64,000 nt of DNA, from positions 930,001 through 994,000 of the forward strand of contig OZ024751.1 of NCBI GenBank assembly GCA_964016885.1. The letters run 5' to 3'. Origin of the DNA: Eledone cirrhosa (lineage: Eukaryota). Shown one piece after another: positions 1-8,693 of this stretch. The first letter of the stretch is position 1; every line of letters starts with the position of its first letter. The notes under the pieces were generated by a model. That model had not been told where the DNA came from and ran no database searches. It worked only from the letters and a program-made list of their open reading frames with translations. The translations under genes and the position numbers were made by a program.

Positions 1-235
1 ATTGTAGCCAGAGAACTGCATACGGTGGATGAAGTGTTGTATGTGTCTCTCTAGTTCTTCGGGGTTGCACATGCGGGACACATTTCTCATCACCCGTACC
101 AAATCCGCAATCAGTATGTTGATTTTGGTATGGTCCGAAATGACCGAGTTTCGGTGGATCAGATGTTTGGAAGTCATGGGTTTGGCATAATGGGAATGGA
201 GGATTTGTTAATGGTATCTAACCAGAGCTCTGTGT

Positions 236-1027
236 CTAGTACAGGTAATCGATGGTTGGGTGTTTACTTGGGTAGTCTATAGTAACTCTAATGCTCTGGT
301 GGATGGAGTTTGCTATTTGCTGGATGCTTTCCATTGTGTTTTTCTCTAGTTCCTGACTGTTCTCTAGTGGGGGTGTCTTAACTACGATGTTTATATCATC
401 TACGTAGCGGGAGTACATTATCAGGGTTAAGGGGTCTTCTAATTGTTCTTTAAGTTTAAGTTTAAGTCTACTGTCCCACCATACCATGAATAAGTTAGCT
501 ATGTCACCTGCAATGCTAACACCAATGGCTGCTCCTTCCTCTTGGGCATATGTTTTTCCATTAAATTTGAACATATGTTCCTTAAGGGTTAGTTTTATGC
601 TGGCCCCTACCGCATGTGCGATCATTTTCTTCAGTTCATCGTGGTTTTCGGGTGTCCGTATGGCTCTGGTCCACCCGTTCCATCTATCTGTGTGGGTTTT
701 CTTGGCCATTGAGGTAATGGTAGGTGGTCTGCCTCTTGCTGATCTTGTAGGGCACAGGTTGCTAAGGTCATAAGTGTCTAGGTAACTATTACTATAGGTA
801 AGCTTAAGTAGGAGTCCCAGCTCACTGGTATCAATCCCACGGAACTCAACCTTGCTCTCACTGATCATTTCTATGCATTTCTCCACAGCAAAATCCACGT
901 CAATAGATGGATACAGGGACACAACATCCATACTGCCTATTATGCAGTTTGTTAGGTCCCCAGATCGGTTACTCACGCCGATTCTGCTGAGGAGGTCCTC
1001 CGTGCTGTCACATACATCTGGGGACAT
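236..1027 (-). CDS. PLE reverse transcriptase core fragment
   Basis: Motif A DVVSLYPSI, motif B' QEEGAAIGVSIAGDIANLFM and motif C RYVDD, with a long insertion between A and B'. Confidence 0.88.
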   Translation of the reverse strand: MSPDVCDSTEDLLSRIGVSNRSGDLTNCIIGSMDVVSLYPSIDVDFAVEKCIEMISESKVEFRGIDTSELGLLLKLTYSNSYLDTYDLSNLCPTRSARGRPPTITSMAKKTHTDRWNGWTRAIRTPENHDELKKMIAHAVGASIKLTLKEHMFKFNGKTYAQEEGAAIGVSIAGDIANLFMVWWDSRLKLKLKEQLEDPLTLIMYSRYVDDINIVVKTPPLENSQELEKNTMESIQQIANSIHQSIRVTIDYPSKHPTIDYLY

Positions 1028-1659
1028 TTCAATGATGGGGCGTATGATCAGGGAGAGGAAGTAGGACAGTCTGTAGTTACTAGCAATGTTAGCTCCACAG
1101 ACTGGCCGTGTTGGTGGTCCCGCGACAGGGTCACAGCCCGTTTAATGGTCTTTTCGAAGCCCATACAACGCCGGCACGTCATTGTTCCAGGCCTGGAAGT
1201 TGTTGGCAGTCCTTTTGTTGGGCTGCATTATATTCGTCCACATCACCATATGGGCATTGAGGGCTTTTTCTCTATCCTCATGCTCCTGTGGTGTTACCTC
1301 TCTTGTGTTAGTGATGTGGGGTTGCATTGTCTGGATGTAGTTTGGCAGGCTGTCAACCGACATTCTGCCAGACTTGTCTGTTGGAAAGCATGCTATCTCT
1401 CCATTACGTGAGCGCTGCATGAGCTTACGCAAGCCATTTGCAGATTTTCTCCCAGTTGCTGGGCCTCCATTCTATTATGCTTCTTGCTATACTGTTCTAT
1501 AATATTTCTAAGTTCGGATCTAGCTATACTAAATTGTGCTTCTGTTTGTTCATCGACCTGCGACGGCAATTGCGTGCGTTTGTTAAATGGTAAAGTCGTG
1601 GCGTGGACTCGTCGCAGGTCGAATGATTTATCGGAGGGATTATAAAACGGAGAGTTCCA

Positions 1660-2215
1660 GGCTGCTGCTTTATGTGTACTAGTGCTATTGTTATTGTTAG
1701 TTGTGTTGTTTCTATTTCTATTTCCACCAACAGCCTCATGGTTGTTTCTATGTCTCTCATAATTACTCCTGTCTCTTTCCACTGGCTCATTGTTGTTATC
1801 TACCCTATTTTGTGTGTCTGTGTGTTCGTCTTGGTTATTCTCTTTGTCCTTAGTCTCCCTTCTCCTTTTAATCCTATTACTTTCCCTTATTTCTGTGATT
1901 TCTGTGCTACTGTCATTACTTGTTTTCTGTGTCTGTGTTTGTTAAGATTGTGGTGGTGGTGAGAGGCATTGAATGCGTGTGTGTTGTTGTTGTTGATGTG
2001 TGCTGTTGTTGATGTGTGTTGTTGTTGTCTCCGTGTGTGTTATTGTTGTTGTGTGTGTTGTTATTGTTGTTTGTGTCTGCGTGTCTGTTGTTGTTGTTTC
2101 TGGGTATGTTGTTATTGTTGTTGTTTGTTGTTATTGTTGTTGTTGGGATGTGTGTTGTATATGTGTGTGCGTATATTGTTGCTTTTGTTTTTGTTTTTGT
2201 TTTTGTTTTTGATGC
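1660..2215. repeat. Low-complexity (TGT/GTT)n, (TG)n and (TTTTTG)n tract inside the PLE ORF
   Basis: Degenerate TGT/TTG runs at 1980-2170 and (TTTTTG)n at 2183-2211. On the minus strand this reads as Asn/Gln/Thr/His/Lys-rich sequence. Confidence 0.85.
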
Positions 2216-3064
2216 TCCAGCGTAGTTTTGTAAATGATTTTTCTATTTCTGACAGACAACTAATCATATTTACCTTTTTGAATGTCGCAAATTTCGGGGG
2301 TAAACATAACACAGACATTTCGTCATTATCTATTCTTGCGTTACCATATATATTTGTGTTTTTGTTGTTGAACTCTTCTGTTAATGAGGTGTCGGCCATA
2401 TTTATACCGTCAATTTTGTCGGGATATCTATTGGTATTCTCTATAGTATCCTGATTTAGCTTTATCTGCTTAAGCCACTTTAGTTTCTTGTTAAAGTGCT
2501 TATCACATTCTTGAGTAATGTACTGTTCTTCGGGGCGCATAAGGCTTATAAATATTAGTTTCTCTCTTGGTGTGGTGATCCTAGCTATTTCTTGTATTAG
2601 GTTACGCTTATGTTTTCTTGATGACTTAATTCTCTATAGATCTTCTTTTTTATGTTTAGAATTAATGTTCGTTTTAGCCTATCTGCTTGTTTTTTGGTGA
2701 GTTGTAATCTTCTAACGTCGGTGTTGATGGTATTGGTGTAAACTTGGGATGAAGCACACTGTTTCATGAAGTGTAGTTGTCGAGATGTTATGGTTTTTCG
2801 TAGACAACAGAACATGGTGGTTTTCAATATCTTGTTAGCCTGGCTAAGGCTTACGATATTTCGTTTCTGAATTTGTTTAGCAAGATTCTTTATCTGAAAT
2901 CGTGTGTTGAAACCGATATTGTTATACTTTGGGAGGGTCATGTTGCCAATAAGAAACACACGCACCAGTTGCTTTCACTTCAATTTATTATATATTTATA
3001 AATTTACAAATTTATAAATTTCTGGTTGGTTGGTTGGTTCCAGAACCAGATAGTTGTTTTATAT

Positions 3065-3109
3065 AGTCATAGTTCTTTCGTCACACACTCTGTGACCTCT
3101 TCAGTGACT
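3065..3109 (-). ncRNA. Minimal type I hammerhead ribozyme in the PLE pLTR
   Basis: Minus strand reads AGUCA-CUGAAGA-G-GUCACA-gagug-UGUGAC-GAAA-GaaC-UA-UGACU. Stem I is AGUCA/UGACU, the core is CUGANGA, stem II has 6 bp, then GAAA, a minimal stem III and a CUA cleavage triplet. It lies just upstream of a PLE ORF on the same strand. Confidence 0.88.
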
Positions 3110-3155
3110 GGGGATTCCTTTCTTTGTTTCTGTGCCTCTCCTTTGTTCTGTCCTA

Positions 3156-3204
3156 CGCCATTTTGTTTCTGTGTGTGTGTTGTGTGCTCAGTCTGCGCAT
3201 GCGC
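3156..3204. promoter_or_regulatory. Putative PLE pLTR promoter motifs (YY1-like CGCCATTTT and NRF1-like TGCGCATGCGC)
   Basis: CGCCATTTT at 3156-3164 and TGCGCATGCGC at 3194-3204, upstream of the hammerhead and ORF in minus orientation. Motif match only. Confidence 0.4.
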
Positions 3205-3234
3205 CACATCCGGGTGTCTGTGTGTGTTTATGTT

Positions 3235-3856
3235 CATAAATGGGACCTGCCCCTTGTATAGGAGCAACTTTTGGAATAGAATAGAAAGAACTAGGAACAA
3301 GGCTAATAGAATAAACTCATGGTATGATAGCAATAAATACCAGAGTGTAATGTTCATCGATACAACCCCTAGAGGTGAACTAGCTTACAAATTTAGAAGG
3401 GCCCTAAATAAACATAAACTCAATATTAAGATAGTAGAAAGACCAGGTACCTCCGTAAAAACACTTATTAGCAAGACATACCCTTTTCAAAGACCCCCAT
3501 GTATAGATAAGAAGTGTGTAACCTGTAAAATAAGCCCCCATATTAACTGTAAAACTAGAAATGTAGTGTATAGCATAAGATGTACTGAAGGACAATGTAG
3601 AGACAAAAATATAGTGTACATAGGTGAGACAGCTCATAGTGTAGGGGAACGGATAAATGAACACTGGCGAGACCTTCAAGATAATAAAGAATCATCTGTA
3701 CTCTACCAACATGCTAAGATAGAACACAAGGGTAAATTAGAGAACATAGAAATAAATATAGAATCTACACACAGAAAAGACGCAATGTTTAGACAAATTA
3801 CAGAGGCAATAAACATAAAATAATTACAACCAAAATTAAATAGAAAATATGAGTGG
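3235..3856 (+). pseudogene. PLE C-terminal linker, Cys cluster and GIY-YIG endonuclease, inverted relative to the RT ORF
   Basis: Sequence reads GTCPLYR..WY, VMFIDTTPRGEL, IKIVERPG, C-x4-C-x2-C, NVVYSIRC..C..VYIGET..GERINEH..SVLYQH..H..RQITEA. After a TAA at 3821-3823 the frame continues LQPKLNRKYEW. The Cys-rich linker before the EN resembles Neptune/Nematis-type PLEs (clade not confirmed). Confidence 0.9.
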
Positions 3857-6156
3857 TATAAGCTCTCTGAACTTTTTCCATCCCGTTCTGATTCTAGCTA
3901 CTGTACTTTCGGAGCACCCTCCACCACTGCTGATTTTGTCATCCAGGTAATGGAAGGTGTCCACTATTTTTATAGAATCATCTGTGCAATGGAATGAGCT
4001 AGTATTCTGTGGGCACTTGCTGCTACTTATTGCACCAGAGCACCGGCCACATATAAAATCTATATTCTTAGTTAGCTTACCTGTGATCCCACTACATCTT
4101 TTATGCACCCATACTTTGCATTTGGGACATAAAAGGGAGTTTCTGCCTACTCCTTTCCTACACACTGAGCATGGCCATTTCCCAGATGGGACTGGTGCCC
4201 TATTTTCCTTCCTACAAACTAGAACTTTAGTCTTAGACAGGTTAATTTTAAGGCCTTTTGATTCTAGGCCATGCTTCCATATTTGGAATTTCTTCTCTAG
4301 TTCAGCCATTGATTCAGCTATGAGCGTTAGATCATCTGCATATTGGAGTTCCCATGGCAGCCGGTCTTGAACTCCACTGTTATAGCCTGAAGGGCAATAA
4401 TAAATAGTAGGGGGATAAGAACGGAGCCCTGATGAAGACCAACTTTTACACTAAACTCTTCACTATATTCGTTGTTAATTCTAACCTTGCTGACTGTTTC
4501 TTTATACATGGCTTGTATAGCTCTCACAAGCCATTCATCAACACCTAGTTTTCTAAGAGCCCACCAGATAATGGAGCGGGGTACTCTGTCAAAGGCTTTC
4601 TCCAAGTCAACAAAAGCTAAGTATAGGGGTTTACTTTTAGCTAGGTACTTCTCCTGTAGTTGTCGTACAATGAAAAGAGCGTCTGTGGTACTTTTACTTG
4701 ACACAAACCCGAACTGCATTTCATCTAGATCAATTCGTTCTCTGATTAGTTGCGCTATTACTTTTTCTGTGACCTTCATGACCTGGTCGATTAATTTAAT
4801 GCCTCTATAGTTACCCCTATCTAGGGCATCTCCTTTACCCTTGTAGCAGTTAATGATGCTGCTGCTACGCCAGTCCTTCGGAACGGCCCCATTCTGTATG
4901 ACTTGGTTTACTATCCGGGTGACCATAGTGTGTCCCACCATTCCAGATGCTTTCAGCATTTCAGCAACTATTTCCAAAGGCCCAGCCGCCTTACCCGTCT
5001 TCATATATTTGATTGCCTTACTTATTATACTACCTTCAACTAGCACTGCTGGTCCCTCTATTGGATTGATGTGGGGGAGACTGTCTTTCTCCCATTTATT
5101 CTCCTCATTTAGTAGCCTTTCGTAGTGACACTTCCAAGCTACCTTCTTATCAGCGTCAGTGATGGCAAGTACACCATCATCATTAAGGACACACTTCTCC
5201 CCGACAATATCACGGTTTTCCTTGACACATTGCCTAGCAATCCTGAACACCTCACGTTTTTGGTCCTCGCATTGTAGAACATGCTTGAACTTTCTTTCCT
5301 CTGCTTCCCTTCTTGCGAAGTACACTTGTCTCCTAGCTTCCCTCCTGGCCACTTGATAGTCTTCTCTACTTCCCCCATCCCGCCATACTTTCCAAGCCTG
5401 CTTTTTGGCCTTAATTGACTCCTCCACCTTACTGTTCCACCACCACGTTACTGTCCTCCTGCCTATAGGCCTGCTCCAACCTCAGACATCATCTGCCGCC
5501 TTCAGCAGATTAGCTTTGAGGAATTCCCACTGTTCCTCTATATTGTACGACTCTAATTGCTCTTCCTTACTGTCGAAAGCATCAAGTAATATGCTTTTAA
5601 ATTTATTACTGGCTGTGGGGTCCTTTAGCTTCCATATTTTTCTCCTGAGGATAGTCTTCCTCTGTTGTCGAGTACGTCTTGTCCTGACTACGAGGTTGCT
5701 GACTATGAGTCTATGTTGGGAGGTGCATTCTTCATGGGGGAGGGATTTAGTGTTTACGATAGACACTCTATCACGTCTTCTGGTAAGGATATCATCTATC
5801 TGACTGGCGTGTTCCCCTGATCTATAGGTGATCAAGAGATTTCTCGTTTTTTGAAGTTAGTGTTACAGATAGTTAGGTTATTTGCGTCACAGAATTCCAG
5901 GATTCTGGCGCCTTCCTCATTTCTAGTACCAAACCCATAGCCTCCATGGATTCCGTCATAGCCGTCACAATGTTGTCCAACGTGACCATTTAGGTCGCCA
6001 GCAATAATTATGTAGTCACTGTCGGTTATTTGGGAGGTAGTGAGCATCAATGTCTCATAGAATCTGTCTTTTATAACGCCAGGCAGTCCGGATTGGGGTG
6101 CGTACGCAGATATTACTGTCACAGTAGTTCTATTTAGGACAAGTCTTATTTTAATT
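3845..6156 (-). mobile_element. RTE-clade non-LTR retrotransposon fragment (partial APE, RT, PHD finger), truncated at both ends and frameshifted
   Basis: APE motifs ISAYAPQ, IAGDLNGHVG, SQIDDIL and SQHRLI (5482-6122). RT motifs NYRGIKL, QFGF, FVDLEKAFDRVPR and GLHQGS (4327-5427). QYADDL follows a frameshift near 4350. The fragment ends at ARIRTGWKKFRELIPLI. Confidence 0.92.
4040..4171 (-). other. PHD-type (C4HC3) zinc finger within the RTE ORF, downstream of the RT core
   Basis: CSVC..LLCPKC..WVHKRC..FICGRC in ORF 3836-4309. Confidence 0.8.
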
Positions 6157-6177
6157 ATATATATATATATATATATA
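6157..6177. repeat. (TA)n microsatellite
   Basis: Direct reading; it marks the truncation point of the minus-strand RTE. Confidence 0.95.
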
Positions 6178-6182
6178 TTTTG

Positions 6183-6552
6183 GTCGTTTTGGAAGCCTCA
6201 ACAATGCAGATGGGTAAATCTCCGGGTAACAGAATCCGATGGTGAAGAGAGAGATGTAAGGGAATGTAGAATGAGATGTATAGTGTGTAGAGGAACGTAG
6301 GAAAGAGCGTAAAAAATAAAAATAATAACAAGAGATAGAGTTACTTTGGGAGAGATTTAATTGTCCCTATATTTTGGATTCGCATCCATCAACTGGGGGG
6401 TTTTCCGGGGGGGGGGGGGCGAGTTTTCTGTCGGAGAGGAACAGTACGTGGTCTCTGTTGTCCACTGTTTGTGTGTAACCGGATTCCGTTACCCGGAGAT
6501 TTACCCATCTGCATAATTGGGCTTCCAACATTGTTGAGGCTTCCAAAACGAC
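6183..6552. repeat. Small inverted-repeat element (arms 6183-6238 and 6480-6552); MITE-like or two facing repeat ends
   Basis: GTCGTTTTGGAAGCCTCAACAATG-CAGATGGGTAAATCTCCGGGTAACAGAATCCG is reverse-complemented at 6480-6552, with a 17-nt indel and 1 mismatch. Confidence 0.75.
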
Positions 6553-6609
6553 GCCCCAAAAAAAAAATTTTATTATTCCACAATGCTTCAAGCAAACTTC
6601 AATACTCTC

Positions 6610-6610
<1 letters not shown>

Positions 6611-6692
<82 letters not shown>
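6611..6692. repeat. (TA)n microsatellite
   Basis: Direct reading. Confidence 0.95.
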
Positions 6693-6695
<3 letters not shown>

Positions 6696-7130
6696 TAGTG
6701 AGACATGGGCAGCTACCGCAGAAGATATGCGACGGCTGGAGAGAAATGAGGCAAGCATGCTCCGTTGGATGTGCAGTGTAAATGTGCGTGAACGACCCAG
6801 CATAAATGTGTTGAGAGAGAAACTGTGTCTGAGAGGGATAGAATGTAGTGTACGGGAGAGGAGACTGAGGTGGTATGGACATGTGATGCGCATGGAGGAT
6901 GACCGATGGGTGAAGAAGTGCCAGGAAATGCCAGTTGAAGGAAGACGTAGTAGAGGTAGACCACGAAAAACATGGGCGGAGGTGGTGAGAACAGACCTCA
7001 GATCATTGAAGCTCACGGTGGAGATGACGAGGGACCGTGACGAGTGGAGAGATGCTGTGCTGAATAAGACCCGTCCCACCCTTGCAAGCAGGGAAAAGCG
7101 GACGTAAAATGATGATGATGATGATGATGA

Positions 7131-7132
<2 letters not shown>
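6691..7132 (+). mobile_element. 5'-truncated RTE LINE 3' end (ORF C-terminus, 3' stem-loop, (ATG)n tail)
   Basis: YGSETW..MLRWMC..RRLRWYGHVMRM..GRPRKTW..DRDEWR, stop at 7105-7107, (ATG)8 tail at 7109-7132, and (TA)n on both sides. Confidence 0.92.
7072..7104 (+). other. RTE 3'-terminal stem-loop (candidate RT recognition structure)
   Basis: CGTCC..CCCTTGC-AA-GCAGGG..GGACG forms nested stems immediately before the tail. Confidence 0.6.

Positions 7133-7166
<34 letters not shown>
7133..7166. repeat. (AT)n microsatellite
   Basis: Direct reading. Confidence 0.95.
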
Positions 7167-7169
<3 letters not shown>

Positions 7170-7443
7170 GGAGGTGAGTTTTATTGTAGTACAATAAAGC
7201 AATGCAGATATCGGATAAGAAGCACTCTACAGTTTGTGGGACTGGAGTATGCATAATATAAGATCAAAAGATGGTTAAAGGAGTTCCATATATTTTATTA
7301 TGCGCATTTCAAAAACAAACATCATCAAGCAATAATATTTGTGTTTTCATCAGATAAAACAGGAGTACATGATATGAAGGCTAAAAAACACTTGTTGATA
7401 GTGCAGTTTTAAATCAACATATCATATGTTGATTTAGCCTGCC

Positions 7444-7860
7444 TGAGATCCCACTACATCTCTTGTGTACCCACTGCTTGCATTTGGTACACACACACAC
7501 ACACACATATATATATAATAAAACAAGGACGAATGGTTACTCCTTCATTACGTTTATTGGTTGGTGATGCGTGTTTTGCTATTGATCAGCTGAAGGTTCG
7601 ATCTATATCGATCTAGTCCGACTCATTAATCAATGGTTCATCAAACCTCTGTGTCATTACTACCACAGAGATCTGATGAGCCATTGATTACAGAGTTGGA
7701 ATAGATCGATACAGATTGAACCTTCAGCTGATCAATAGCAAAACATGCATCACCAACCAATAAACATAATGAAGGAGTAACCATTCGTCCTTGTTTTATT
7801 TATATGTGTGTGTGTACCAAATGCAAGCACTGGGTACACAAGAGATGTAGTGGGATCTCA
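7444..7860. repeat. Long fold-back inverted repeat with ~200-bp arms and a 10-nt loop; inner MITE-like palindrome ~7516-7800; outer arms are an RTE PHD fragment
   Basis: 7444-7653 is the imperfect reverse complement of 7664-7860, with loop TCATTACTAC. The outer arm translates CTKCKHWVHKRCSGIS, similar to 4081-4128. Confidence 0.9.
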
Positions 7861-8080
7861 ACCATTCGTCCTTGTTTTATTATACTACACTCAGTCTAGC
7901 TCTAGCGATACCGACGTGAACCGAAACATTGAGTGCTCACCCGGGTTAACCTACAGTATCTCCGCGTTGCACTCAGCCAACTAACAGAGAACGGACAACC
8001 ACGGACACAGATAAATCTCCATCCTCCAACTCCCACCAACACCACCCTTTCTCTGTAAAGTTATGTTGGTACCACAACAT

Positions 8081-8205
8081 CCAGTCCAAACTAAAGAGGT
8101 CGTGGAGGTGTCACGACAAAAAACACCCAGTCCACGCTGTAAAGTGGTCGTGTAGGAGACACAGTAAAAAGGCTCCCAGTCCACACTGTAAATGTGGTTG
8201 GTGTT
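8081..8205. repeat. Degenerate ~46-50 bp tandem repeat, about 2.5 copies
   Basis: CCAGTCCA(a/c)..(ct)gtaaa..GGT recurs at about 8081, 8127 and 8176. Confidence 0.55.
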
Positions 8206-8275
8206 ATTTTATTTTATTTTATTTTATTTTATTTTATTTTATTATATATTATATTATTTTATATTATTTTATTCT
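8203..8275. repeat. (TTTTA)n / AT-rich simple repeat
   Basis: Direct reading. Confidence 0.9.
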
Positions 8276-8693
8276 ATGTACATACAGGCATTTTATATAT
8301 ATATATGCCACCCAAGTTATATGTGATTAGTGCAAAGATACTATGCAGCTATAACATTTATGCATATTGTGCATGCACTTTCGGGCTTATATCGCCACAG
8401 GATTAGGTTGGGTCCTAGCCTCAAGAACGTTGTCCCATATAATACTATGTGCACCATGTGCACAGCTGCGTGTGTGTGTACGGATGGGTGGCTATTCATC
8501 AACTATGCACCCTTGATATGAACATATGCGGGTGCATGTATGTTTGTGCATCCACGCAGGATATGCATGTGCACGTGTGTTCACATGTCTGGATGGATGT
8601 AATTGTATGAACATGTCTGTGTGAGGGTATGAATGCCTATGTGTAGATCTTTCTTCTTTTTTGTTTCATCTGTGTATATATGTGCAGCGTCTT

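Larger units (their letters stand above)
1..2965 (-). pseudogene. Penelope-like element (PLE) ORF, N-terminus through RT and thumb; decayed by frameshifts and stops; continues off the left edge
   Basis: Collinear minus-strand fragments: N-terminal QLHFMKQC (2597-2965), VLCLPPKFA..IEKSFTKLRW (2112-2540), DLRRVHATTLPFNKRTQLP (1393-1782), PTDKSGR and ALYGLRKDH (1142-1432; in-frame TAA at 1142-1144, then GPPTRPV). RT motifs SMDVVSLYPSI, QEEGAAIG and YSRYVDD lie in 236-1027. Manual translation of 1-260 after frameshifts gives RLPVLDTELW and HSHYAKPMTS..MQFSGYN, typical of a PLE thumb. Confidence 0.9.

Noticed and set aside
1969-2454. Cys/Leu/Val-rich plus-strand ORFs resembling membrane or metallothionein proteins
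   Set aside because: They are antisense translations of the TGT/TTG low-complexity tract within the PLE.
5482-5484. In-frame TGA at a likely Cys position in the RTE, suggesting selenocysteine
   Set aside because: The element has other frameshifts and I identified no SECIS, so a TGT/TGC>TGA decay mutation is simpler. The PLE stops at 1142 and 3821 are TAA, so there is no selenoprotein-PLE signal either.
6370-6557. Possible HDV-like ribozyme on the minus strand (TTTTGGA..CGAA-TCCAAAA; GGGGCG/CGCCCC)
   Set aside because: I could not place P3/L3/P1.1 in the required order. The candidate P2 and P1' strands are over 100 nt apart. Kept only as a structured-repeat note.
7673-7700. CTGATGAG hammerhead-like core
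   Set aside because: No stem II followed by GAAA downstream; it is simply part of the fold-back arm.
8365-8402. Degenerate hammerhead-like motif on the minus strand (GGC..GCC-CGAAA-GTGCATGCAC)
   Set aside because: The CUGANGA core and the NUH cleavage triplet are missing.
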